A stretch of DNA of 64,000 bases from Thalia democratica (Eukaryota), in NCBI GenBank assembly GCA_965202585.1, contig OZ241826.1, forward strand, positions 35,650,001 to 35,714,000. Reading direction: 5' to 3'. Positions 1-11,754 of this stretch are shown here, piece after piece; the stretch's first letter is position 1, and every line of letters starts with the position of its first letter. The position numbers were made by a program, and so were the translations under genes. A model generated the notes under the pieces. The model was not told where the DNA came from and searched no databases. It saw only the letters and a list, made by a program, of their open reading frames with translations.

Positions 1-401
1 ATGAACTTCTATTACAAACATTATGATTGTACTTCAAAAAGTTAGAAACTAAGATAATTTAAAAGTCATTTAAAAAAATATTTAATTTGCTGTTCACAAT
101 GCACTTTGGACAACTTATTAGAATAAGTTTTTACTACATATTGTTATGTTTCAACAATATTTAGTTGATTTTTTAACACTTGTTAACAAAAATCAGGTGC
201 ATAACTGTTAAATTTTGTAAATTTTCTTCATAATATAAGACTTGAATAGTTTGTATTTTGTTTTAGGTTGTTCTATTTATAACAACGTATTGTCTTATAT
301 AGTATTTTTTGCTTGATTGTGTAGTTAAAAGGTTTTGAATTTAACCTTAGCACATGAAAAATATATAGTAAAATAATATAATATAAATACTATTTTTACA
401 G

Positions 402-3400
402 GTTTGAAGTTCCTGAAATACCGGTATGTTTATACATTTTTTTTGTAACCTATTGAAAATGCTCAAATAAATAGATCTAATATTAAAAAATCAAATTTCA
501 AGCAGTTAGATATATGATTTAAAGAGATTATAAACTATATAGCTTTTTTTCGCTTTTATACTAAATAATTATTATAATAATAAATGCGAAAGTTTTTAAT
601 AATAGTTTTAACACTTAAGTTTTATAATGTTTTTGACGAAATTTGTCAAAGTTACTATATTATGTCATTCTAGAAGACAGTATTATAGTACAAATTATAC
701 ATACTTTTTGGGTAGTAAAACATAAAATAAGTTCTAATATATAATTTGATAATTTATACACACTAATTTTTTTTTCGATTATCACAATTGTTTCGATAGT
801 TTAAATAGATAAATTTTAAAAAAGTAAAAGTTTAAGCTCATCTGTTTTTTTACATTACTTTCAAAGTTAATATTCTTTTACTTGTTATATTTAACTCCAT
901 CATTTTAATTTTAGCTCCAGAAATTACTCTTCTCAGCCACATTGAGTTCAGACCCGGAGAAGTTGTACAATTTGAATTTGTTCCACCCTCGACTGTTTGC
1001 GGTTAAACACAATGAGTTTGGTGATTGTGATCAGCATCTGACCACTAACTATTCTGTTCCGGTGCTATTGAAGGTTTATTAATAAGTTTCACATGCATTA
1101 TGTATGATATAGAAACAATTTTTTACTATTTTTTTGTATGCACCTTCTTTTTAACTTGTGAGTATAAGTAAAATAAAACTTTGCTATTAATATTTATTCA
1201 ATACACCAGAATAATTTTATTTTTATTCTATAATAAATACTATTATCTGATACCAAGTACTACTTACACAAAACTAAACTACTAAAAAAATAAATCTTTA
1301 GAATTCCTAACTACTTTAATGTTTATACTTCATATATTACTATTTGATAATCAATATGACTCATACAGGAACACATGATGATTTGTGGAGACATGGACAA
1401 ACTGATCAACGCATTACATTTGATTTTATCGTTTGACAAATGTCTCGTGTTCACAGACACTGTTGAGACTTGTAACAAATTGACTGCATTCGTACAACAC
1501 TACATTGAACAATCTAAAGGTTAGTGTTTTCTGCCAAGTTGTAAAAGCATTCAAGTTGTTTTGCTCCAGCTATTATATTTAATAAAATTATATTTTTCGT
1601 GGTTTGTTTTATTTTACCATGAACAATTTTGAAATCAACAATAAGTTTTTTTTTGTTCGATTTAATATTGTATTGTGTTTATTATTGAGAAATTTATCTT
1701 ATTGTTTTTTTTTTAATAATTATACTTGGTTGAACATATGAATAAAACATAGAGATACAGTTTATTTTGTTATACTTGCAAAAATATTCTGAACTAGTTT
1801 TAAAAAGACAATAGTTGACTGAAAACAGTTTTCAGGCTATAACTTGCTATTTGTATTACTATAATCTTTTTTTTTTATTGATAAGTTTAAGTTGCTTAAA
1901 TTTTTTAGTAAGAAATGATAAACTGGTACTTACCTCTTTAAAAAACTTAATTTATGTCACAAATAATTTATGACTTTATATTTTATAATAGAATTTAAAA
2001 TTCATTATCATTTTTTTTGTTATAGGTTGAATTTTTTAGTAGCCAAAATAAATAATAATTTAAAATAGTTTTAAGTGTCTAAATAAAAACACTGCATTTA
2101 AGTTTTTTGTAATAAAAAATAAAATGTTATAGATACCAACCTTGTTGTACAGCAGTTCTCATCATCGATGTCTCAGAAGAACCGAAATCAGACTTTTAAA
2201 AAGTTCAAGAATGGAAAAATAAATGTGTTAGTTGCATTATGAAATAAATAGTTTATGCATATTTTTTTCAAAATTCTTTCGTAGTTGTAGTATAAAATTA
2301 AATATTTGTTAATAACTTTAAATTTGGTATGAACAAACGAAAATAAAAAAAAAAGAATAAACTATATTTTGATAGCATTACAGAAAAAAACTTTGTTATC
2401 AGTTAAGGCATTCATTTTTTGATAAAAAACGTTTCCACCATAAGACTTTTTTTTTACACGACTTTTGAAAACTCAAATTCACAGGTTGATATGCAGTGAC
2501 GCAGCGGCTCGTGGTCTTGACGTAGTAGATGTGGACCACGTCATCTTGTATGACGTACCTTCGCTCGTTGAAACGTACGTGCATAGAATAGGTAGGACTG
2601 CCAGGGCTGGTAAGAAGGGAAATTCTTACACGTTGATGACTTACAAGCAGGTTGGTATCAGTTTTGACAATGGTTTTTACAATGGTCATAGTTATCCATA
2701 TGTAGCTTTATTTTAAGTAAAGATTTTTTCATTGTTTTAAGAGCCAAAATTTCAATGTGTTATAGAAAATATAAACTTGTATTATGAGTGTAGTTTAAAA
2801 ATCTAAAGCAAGCTGTTTTGATAATAATTAAACTTGCAAAAATTGTTTGATATATTTCACTAGTTTTTTTCTAACATTTTATAGTATCGAATCAAGTATA
2901 AAATAAAAATAAAAAACTTTTTTTATGTTACAAAAAACTTCTATCTAAATGGTGCATTTATAAGTTTACAAAGAACATCATTCAAATGTTTAAAAGGTTA
3001 TATCAAATATTTGAAAAAAGTAAATCTTTATTTTAAATAAAATCATAAAGCAATATTGTTTACAAAATTTTTGTTAAGTTTTAGAAATTTAACTAAAATT
3101 TTTATTAGACCAATATACTAGGGTTTTATTGATGCTCATGTTTTCATTTAATACTTAATAAATGTTTGCAATGATTTGTTGTTTGTAAAAAAGACTACTT
3201 GTTTAAAAGTTATTTATAACTATTTAAATAACAGTTGATAGCTAAATTTTTAACCTACTTATAATTCAAACCATTCCAAGTCTTAAAACTATATCTCTTA
3301 GTTTTCCAATAAGAACTATTGTCATAATTTAAAGTCTTTGTGTTTGCGCGTACAAACATTGTAAATACATACAAACTACGTAATAATTCACAAAAAAAGA

Positions 3401-4156
3401 TTCTAATTGTATGGCAACTATGTCTAAAAGCATCATGTTGTTTCTATAAAAAAAAAGTTATAGGTTTTAAAAGTACCTTTTGTTTAAGTATTTTGAAAAA
3501 CATAACATAAAACCAAACACCATTTTTAATTTGGTGATTTTTTTACAAAAAAATACAGTTTATTGAAAACTCTTAATAAGTAATTGAATTGATAAATTTT
3601 ATTTTATTAAGTTTTTTTAACTCAGTTTTAAAGTTTTGCTTAAAAGAATGAAACAAATTTGTCAGTTACAATACTTTAGTAACAGTTAGTTAAAGTTTTA
3701 ATTCTTTAAAAGCTTTTAAAAAACAATTGCAATAATTTTACTTTGTTTTGTATATTTATAATAATGAAAACTATCTACAAGTGTTTTGAAGTTTAGAAAT
3801 TCTTAAATCAAAACAGTTCTTTTAACTATGGCTTTTTTTTCTTTTTCAATAAATTCTACATCTTCATGTTATTTACTTTCATTAAAAAAGTACAGCTTTA
3901 AATACTTTCGTTCGGTGTTGATTATAATTAAACTAATTTTTTTTTTGCTGAAAGATAATTAAAATAACCTTTTCAAATATAGTTTTTTTACCATTTTAAA
4001 ATTACCATTTTAAAAATATCATTTTTTACACAGGTATACTCATTCAAGAAAATGTTGAAGGAAGCAAATTTGTCATTGCCAAAAAAAATGAAAGCGCTTG
4101 AAGATGAAGTGAAGGAAAAATATTTGAAAGCAACTAACAATTTGAACATATGTTAA
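402..4156 (+). CDS. DDX51: DEAD-box RNA helicase DDX51/Dbp6, 3' part (5'-truncated by the window). Exons 402-423, 915-1073, 1369-1519, 2133-2226, 2485-2650, 4034-4156
   Basis: Manual splicing at AG/GT sites gives one open frame with consistent phases: FEVPEIP|LQKLLFSATLSSDPEKLYNLNLFHPRLF...|EHMMICG...KCLVFTDTVETCNKL...|DTNLVVQQFSSSMSQKNRNQTFKKFKNGKINV|LICSDAAARGLDV...YVHRIGRTARAGKKG...|VYSFKKML...NIC* (TAA 4154-4156). Motif III (SAT), motif V (ARGLD) and motif VI (HRIGRTAR) are present. PLQKLLFSATL...PEKL...L.HPRLF is characteristic of DDX51/Dbp6. Confidence 0.9.
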
Positions 4157-4902
4157 ATATTTTTAAACACGTTTTCTTATAAATACTTTTAGGCTTTTTT
4201 ATTGTGCACAAACAATTTTAACTATAGTTTAATATATTTAAATGTTTAAATATGATTTTTTTAGGCTATTTGATTGTACACATATTTTAACTTTAGTATA
4301 GAATTCTTTAACACATAATGTTTTATAATAAAATTGGTTTAGGCTATTTAATTATGATGTTAATTTATTTTAGAGAATGTTCATGTTAGAAAATTTTAGT
4401 AATTTTGAATTATACTTATAATAAATTGTCTTTAAAATCTTTGTCTATAAACTTTTACAGTTGTTTTGCATCCTAAAAAGTAGTATAAATGATTTCATAT
4501 TTAACTTTTCTTTAAAATATGTGCTTCGATTAAAGAAAAAAAAAATAGTTTATCTAAATGGCATCGATTTCACAGAAAATAAAGTTATTAATAATAGGTA
4601 TACAGGTTTTATTACATAGATTAGGTATCAGAAAGGTTTCTATTTAAATTGATGTAAGAGCTCTAAACAAAGCTTCTAAAATAATTAAAATTATAAATGT
4701 CTGTTGTATATTTTGTTCAGTTTTTTATAAGTGAAGTTTGGTAATTTATTGTTTCAAAAATTACAATTCAGCTTATAACTAAAATTTTATTTCTTTAGTT
4801 AATGAAAATAGCTTTGTTCGTGTGTTATTTTAATAAGACATCGTTTTAAGCTTGAAAAAGATAGGATTTAAAACGAAATACTAAGACTACATTTGAAACA
4901 TA

Positions 4903-7900
4903 ATAATAATAATAAGGCCCGCTATCAGCCAAGATCGGCTATGCGTGTTGTGCACAGAGAAAAAAATTACATGTTTAAAAAAAAAAAAAAACAATTAAAT
5001 TCATTCTGCTTCTTATTTCTTTATCTTCTTCTTCGTTTTTCTAAAATATTCCTTTTCTCTTTCTTGCAGTCTTTTGTGTATAGTTGATCTCCATTTGGCA
5101 CGGTCATTTGCAAGCAACTCCCAATCATCAGTTCCAATGTTCAAGCTTTTTAGGTCGCGCTTGCATACATCCTTAAAACGTAATTTAGGACGTCCTCGGT
5201 TTCGTTTGACAACGACCAACTCGCCATACAATAGAAACTTTGTGATCCGCTCAGTATTCATTCTCAGGATATGACCGAGCCAGCAAAGCCTGCGCTGACT
5301 GAGGGTAAAGTACATAGTGGTAAGACCAGTACGTCTCAATACTTCCTCATTGGTGATCTTTGGTATTGATTTTCTTCTCCTGTACGCTAGGTAACGTCCA
5401 TGTCTCGCTACCGTAAAGCAGAGTACTGCAGACACAGGAACGGTAAACGTTAGCCTTTGTTCGAATGCTTAGCTTTTGGTTATCCCAAACTCTTGCAGTC
5501 AAGCGAGCGAAAGTGCCTGATGCTTTGCCAATGCAACTATTTATTTATTTGTCCAATGATGCGTTTGACGCAACACTTGAGCCAAGGTATACAAAGTTAT
5601 CTACATTCTCGATATCCTTACAATTGATCTTGATTGATGGTAAAATATTTGTTCCTTGACTTAGAATTTTAGTCTTCTTAAGGCTTATAGTAAGGCCGAA
5701 ATCCGAGCATGCCGAAGAAAACTGATTCAGCAGTGTCTGCAGGTCTTGGGCGGAGTGAGCCACGAGTGCAGCATCGTCAGCAAATAAAAGATCACGTATG
5801 GTGACTTTCTTCAGATTTCGCTTAGCTCTTAGATTTGAAGGGTTGAAAAGGTGTCCGTCAGTTCTTGTATGAAGCTTGATTCCAGTAGTTAATGAATTAA
5901 AAGCATGCTTTAATAGCATCGAAAAGAAGATTTCAAACAAAGTTGGAGCAAGTACGCAGCCTTGCTTTACCCCACTTTTGATTTCAAATGAATCAGATAC
6001 ACTACCATCATATTGAATGGTTGCCCTTGTGTTTGTATAAAAAAACTTCACAATTTTGAATAATTTTGGAGGACATCCAATTTTCAGCAGTATAGCATAT
6101 AGTCCTTCTCTACTTACCAAGTCAAAGGCTTTAGTGAGGTCAATGAAAGCGATGTACAAAGGCATGTTCTGCTCATTACATTTCTCTGTAACTGACGTAC
6201 AGAAAAAATCATGTCGGTGGTAGATCTTTTAGACCTAAATCCACATTGAGACTCAGGATATACTCTTTCAGCCAGTTTCTGAATACGAGGAAGAACCACT
6301 CTTGCAAAAACTTTACCAGCAAACGCAAGAAGAGAAATTCCCCTGTAACTATTGCAGTCCGATCTGAACCCTTGTTTTTATATAAGACTATGATCTTAGC
6401 ATCACGCATGTCTTGTGGCACTATACCTTCTCTCCAACATTTGGCTAAAATATCATGTAAATGAGGTAACAAGCATGACTTACAATTGCGGACCAAGTCC
6501 GCTGGTATGCCGTCACTACCTGGAGCTTTCCACGGAGCCATCATATTAATGGCTTTACTGAGTTCTTCAGTAGTTGGTACGCTATCCAGGTCATCCATCA
6601 TTGGTAGACTATCCATTTTGTTAAGGGCATCATTAGTAACAATATTCTGTGTAGAATACAGAAGGGAAAAGTGTTGAACCCATCTACTCAACTGTTCATT
6701 CCTACTGTGTAAGATTTCACCAGTCTCAGATAACAAAGGTGATATTGACCTCTTTGTTGGTCCAGCTGCTTTTCTTATTCCTTCGTAGACTGATTTGGTA
6801 TCTCCTCTGTCAGCAGCAGCCTGAATACGGGCACTAGCCTTTAACCAAAACTCAGTAGCACATTTTCTAGCTGCCCTCCAAAAAATTTTTCTGGCTTCAC
6901 GAAGTCTATTAAGACACGTGTTACTTGGGTCACGTTGATAATCAACATGAGCCTGTCGCTTTTTCTTTAAAAGAGGAGATAAAATATTGATATTTTCTTC
7001 GAACCAGTCTTTGTTGGCATGTTTGTTCTTTAGAAAAGTTTCAAAGGCATTCTGATATATACTTTTTTCGATCCTAGACCAAGACTCAGAAGAGATGTGT
7101 CCGACGAAGAGACAGATGGCATCAGAGTTGGGAACTTTTTGATATTTTCCTTTTCCCGCATTGCACCTACATTTAGTCGAACTTTACGAGCTAAATTGTT
7201 TGAATTGTGCATGAACTTTTTTGAGATGTGCATTTTACAGCAGACCAAAGAATGATCGCTGTTGCAGTCTGCGCTTTGATATGATCTAGTTAACAGAACA
7301 TCGTTAATACGATGGCGTCTCACTAAGATAAGGTCTAATTGGTGCCAGTTTTTAGAACGGGGATGTCTCCAAGATACTTTATGCTGCCATTTAGTTTTAA
7401 AAAATGAATTGGTAACACAGAGGTTCTGTTTATGACAAAACTCTAAAAGGCGTTGACCATTAGAATTCATTCTTCCAAAACCAAAATGTCCTAGACAGGG
7501 AGCCCAAGAGTCGTGATCAGATCCAACTCTTGCATTAAAATCACCCAGAATAACAAGTTGGTCGTTTTTTGGCAATTTATTCACTACGAGATTTAACTTT
7601 TCATAAAAAGTATCTTTAATTTGCTCGTCAGTGTATAGCGTAATTTCTTTAATTGAGCCTTGACCAGCAAGGCGCGTTTCTTGAAGAGCTGCAATATCAA
7701 CTTTAAGACGAAGAAGTTCGTTATTTATAATAGCAGTTTTTCTTGCATCATTTATGTTTTCGGGGTCCATACCAGTAGTCATGGTACGAACGTTCCAGCT
7801 TCCCAGTTTAAGAGTGGGTCTCTTTTTATGTTTATGTTTGTCAGGTGACATAGTTTCAGTTTACTTTTCATTTAAAGCTATCCCCATTCACCCAATGAGG

Positions 7901-8771
7901 AAGGTAAACTGTGGCGGAACAACACCTTATTGGCTGAGGGCTGCTCAGCTTAAGGCAGGCGGTGGTTGTTCAGTGGAACTAAAAAATTCCTCCTACCGAC
8001 GAATACGACCCCTGGCGCCCATCCTTTCGCTAAACAGGATTAGGCTTATCACCGGTAACTGCCGTATTCCGTGTTGTGTCTTCGCGAAAAACCTGCGAAG
8101 CTGGAGTAAACCTCTCCAAGCACAAAGCCAGGGTATAACATTGAGATTCCAGCTGTTGCCCATGCAGCAGGATCTCACTCTCCACAGTGAGAAGAGCTCA
8201 GCGAAACAGCAAAGCTGATACAGCCAAGATTCATCATTGTCGCAGGAGCTGCCGGAATGACATTGAATACAAAGTCAGACCGCCTACGTGGCTCCGACTA
8301 CGGTTTTTTGATCAGAGTTTTGCATCTCCTAGAGGAATAGAAGTACAGTTCTTCGGAGTTTCCTCTACCCCCGTGTTTAAGACTTTACCATGTCTGATTT
8401 TTCCTCAGGGTTTACTCCCGAAGCCTTTGCTTAGCCAAAAGCAACCACAAGGCAGTGGTGGTCGGCAAAGGTTTTACAGAGCTAATGCTAAATCAGCTCC
8501 AACCCCAAGGGGAGATCATGAAAGTTCTTCAGGGATCTTCTGTGTCATCTTTGTGATCTTCTGTGTCATCTTTGTGATCATCTGTGTCATCATTGATAAG
8601 TGTCAAATCTTTCTTATTCAATATATTTGAATCAATTAACTTATTCAATATTTTTGAATCAGTTACGATTTAAGTAACACATATACTAAATTCAGAAAAA
8701 TATTCAAGAAAATATCTTTCTACAATTAACAAATAATTTCTTATTCAAATAGAATGAAACATATTTATATA
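4903..8771 (-). mobile_element. RTE-clade non-LTR retrotransposon (LINE), near full length, inactive
   Basis: APE endonuclease plus RT ORF fragments on the minus strand, a GC-rich 5' UTR (~7850-8530) and a 3' (TTA)n tail at ~4903-4916. Bounded by a perfect 12-bp direct repeat ATTTGAAACATA (4891-4902 and 8772-8783). Confidence 0.93.
5013..7851 (-). pseudogene. Disrupted endonuclease/reverse transcriptase ORF of the RTE element
   Basis: APE motifs: LKLGSWNVRTM, DIAALQETR, VILGDFNARVG, NSNGQRLLEFC, WRHPRSKNWHQLD, SADCNSDHSLV. RT motifs: KAPGSDGIP, QCGFR, FIDLTKAFD, GVKQGCVLAP, LLFADD, FVYLGS. C-terminal: LLYGEL...RGRPKLRFKD. Split over at least five ORFs by frameshifts and stops. Confidence 0.92.
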
Positions 8772-8977
8772 ATTTGAAACATATTAAACAATTAAAAAAT
8801 CTAATGCAGATAAAAAACAACAGAGTTTTAAACAATTATATTTTAACAATAACAAAAATTAAGAAATTTTTCTGAGCTTGATCTAGAAACTCTTAAAAAA
8901 TTAGTTTTAACATTACCAGTGCTTAAACAAAAAAACTAGTCAGAAAATTATTTCTTACATTTTCAGGCATGTCAGAC

Positions 8978-9236
8978 TAGAGTTTTCTTAAAGAGGACCA
9001 ATTGCCCCTTTAAGGCATTATAAAACAAACGGGGAATGAGCAGTGAAGGGGTCATAGGGGACCATGAGGTCATAACTTGAAACTTACACTAGATACTCTG
9101 AATTAGATAATGAAGTGCCAAAAAAAGGGCTTAAGCTTTTTTAATGGTAGTTTTTTTTTAATCTCGGTGGAGTGGTCCATAACTTTTTTAATTTCTTTGA
9201 AGTAGGTCTTTCGAATTTTTTTTTTAGGAAATTCTG
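8978..9236 (+). mobile_element. hAT-like MITE, family 1
   Basis: Ends (T/C)AGAGTTTTCTTAAA ... TTTAGGAAATTCTG form imperfect TIRs. The internal motif TGAAACTTACACTAGATA.TCTG..TTAGATAATGAAG recurs at five other sites in the window. Confidence 0.6.
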
Positions 9237-11570
9237 TAATATATTAGGGTTTTCTAAAATAAGCAATGTAACCATTTGAGACAATAGTTTTTGAGAGGAA
9301 AGTAAATGGTAGTTAACCAGTAAAGGGACAATATCTTAAAAGGGGATAGTTATTTTTTTTTCTATTAAATGGACTGTTAATAAAATGTCATCAAAAAACT
9401 GTTTACATTCATACTCTGACTTTTGTAGGCACGCATCTCTTTGAACAAGTTTAGCAATTTAAGTCCTTTCTTTTTGGTATTTTTAAAAGAAATTTAAAGT
9501 GGGCAAAAATTATTCGATGTTGGTCTTTTGGAAAAAAAAAAGTCAAATAAATGTATTTTAAATTACACGGTAAGTTAAGATCTTATGCAGCATCAAGTTT
9601 AACTAGTTTAATTTTTCATCCTTTTGAAAAAAATTTATGCTTTTAATCTTTTTTTAAACTTCAAAATATTCTTTATGAATGTCCACTAATAATCCTGTTT
9701 TAAAATTTTTATTAAGCATCTTCTGGTTTTTTGTGCCTTTTCCATAATCTAAATGTTCTTCAACTCCTAAATTATAATCTTTTAAATATGAACCATAGTG
9801 GTCTGTCAAAAATACTTTGACTGAACTATATAGTTTTACGCCTAAAATGGAAACTTAGTATTCAGTTCTTGAAATAACTTTCTGTGGCTTCATTTATGCA
9901 CATCACATTCCATCTTTAGTTTACACTTAAAGTCTGATATGTTTGTTGAACAACAAAAATATTTAGTTCTATGAGTGGTACACGAAAAAACCTTTCGGTT
10001 ATTATTGATGTGGCTGAATTTTGTGATTCAAGTTTTGTAAAAAAGCTGATCAAAGCAGGTTTTGCTTTTTGATGAGACTAAACAACAGCTGGTGTTGTTG
10101 ATTTGAAAAGTTAAAGTGGTTAAAAGCAGTCTTTAATTTTTGTACAAGTCGTTGTAGAAATTGTACAATATGGTGTGGTGCTAATAACAATAAAATATAG
10201 TCGTATTTACTTCAATGTTAGCAAAAAATATATAAACTAATATTTTGTATAGGTTTAGGTGTTCAAAAGTAAATAAAACAAAATTAAATTTAACAAATTT
10301 TAAATACTTTTTTGAAATAAATCAAGTTTAAATCTGCAGACAAATAAACTAGAAAAAAAGTTACATATGTGTAAGTATTTAGACTAACCTTCGGAATAAA
10401 ACCCCGGTTATTAATTTACCTTACCTAAGTAAATCTCAAAAATATCTTTATTTGTTCAAAGAAGCAGCTTTAAAAATTCTTTTACTTATAGTTAGAAATT
10501 AATACTATTAAAATTTGCAATAAAAGAAGTAGTTAAACTAACTTTAAAAGTAAACCGGACAAAAATTTTCAATGATTATGACCTGCAAATTGTTTTTAAA
10601 ATAAAACTATAGGTGATGGAAAACGTCTTAAAAAATCACTGATAAATTTTGCACTGATAATATTTTTATTTTAACCTTTCGAATACATAAACTTATATCT
10701 CTCTATTATCAATTTTTTTATTATATCTAAATATATAGACTATATTATATAGACTTTAAAATATATAAATTACAAATGTGAAGTTATAAATTATTTTGTT
10801 TTATAAATGCTAACCTTAAAAAAAATTATTGATAAAATATTTTCGTAAACTCTAATTCTAGGTAAATCAGTAAAAACCTTTGCCTGTTTTTTAAGTTATA
10901 TGCGTACTTAAAATTTGTAATGTCTAAATATGTATATGAAAACCTTCTACACTTCAAAAAACTTATACACTCTTAGTTTGGGTTAAGTTGACTACTGATG
11001 TTATTTTATTGTTTTTATTTTCAATAATAAAAGAAATAACAATGTTTATAACAGTGATAGCAGTCCTAAAATCCAGCCTTGCTAATGTTGGTTAAAGCCG
11101 TTAGTATTCATTTTATCAACATGAGTTTTATATTGAACAACGCATTAACAAACCTTACATCATTTTAAGTTCAATAACTTTTTTATTAGTATTTTTATTG
11201 TCTTGTAAAAAAGTTACTTGTTTGTTTTAAAGTTACCCTTAAGCATATAAATGTTTAATTCTGTAGCCGTTTTACCAAGGTTTTGTTAGTAGAAATTATT
11301 CACTACATATTTCCATATAAACTATTTATAAGAGTTATTGTACAAAAGGGTGTTACAATGAAGAAAAAAGTGTAAGTATAATATTCATCGGAAAAGAACT
11401 TGTTTTACAAACAATTTCATCTGGGAAGGTTTGTTTTTATTTTTACAGAACTATTCAATTACACTTTATTGATTTTTTAAGGTCTGTTTTAATATTTTAT
11501 TGTAAAACTTATAAACTCATAGAAAAAACTAAAGTTTTCCGTTATAGTAAAGTTATCTACTTTACTTTTA

Positions 11571-11754
11571 TAGACACGTTCAAAATCCACCGAACCAAAA
11601 TCCGACCAGTCAAATTGGAGAACCGCTTACCGATCGAGGGTAAGGGTTAAGGGTAACAGTGATAGTGAAAAAAAAAACTAATGAAATTAGTTAATAAATG
11701 TAAAAAACAAAAAATAGGGTGGATTTTGAACGGGGTGGATTTTGATAGTATACC
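11571..11754. mobile_element. Mutator-like MITE (CAAAATCC subterminal type)
   Basis: TIR-like CAAAATCC/GGATTTTG repeats and a 9-bp TSD TTACTTTTA/TTACTTTTT (11562-11570, 11755-11763). Absent from the paralogous site at ~52362. Confidence 0.75.

Noticed and set aside
1-30. ATG at position 1 as a gene start
   Set aside because: Window-edge coincidence; the sequence is intron-like and closes quickly.
267-290. Possible additional upstream DDX51 micro-exon (TTTTAG|GTTGTTC...AAC|GTATTG)
   Set aside because: The phase is compatible, but the peptide is not recognisable and the donor is weak.
2399-2689. Minus-strand 96-aa ORF and the intronic ends of the 2465-2716 ORF
   Set aside because: Antisense to a DDX51 exon; only 2485-2650 is exonic.
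8400-8500. HDV-like ribozyme at the RTE 5' end (CCTTTGC/GCAAAGG pairing and a GCTAA motif on the minus strand)
   Set aside because: RTE elements can carry such ribozymes, but I could not build P1, P3 and P1.1, and the pairing is also explained by a simple local hairpin. A descriptor search would be needed.
4893-8630. Plus-strand ORFs over the LINE (e.g. 7754-8218, 8187-8630, 6246-6464) and the minus-strand ORF 7993-8178
   Set aside because: Antisense shadows of the RT ORF or chance ORFs in the GC-rich UTR and tandem repeat; no recognisable motifs.
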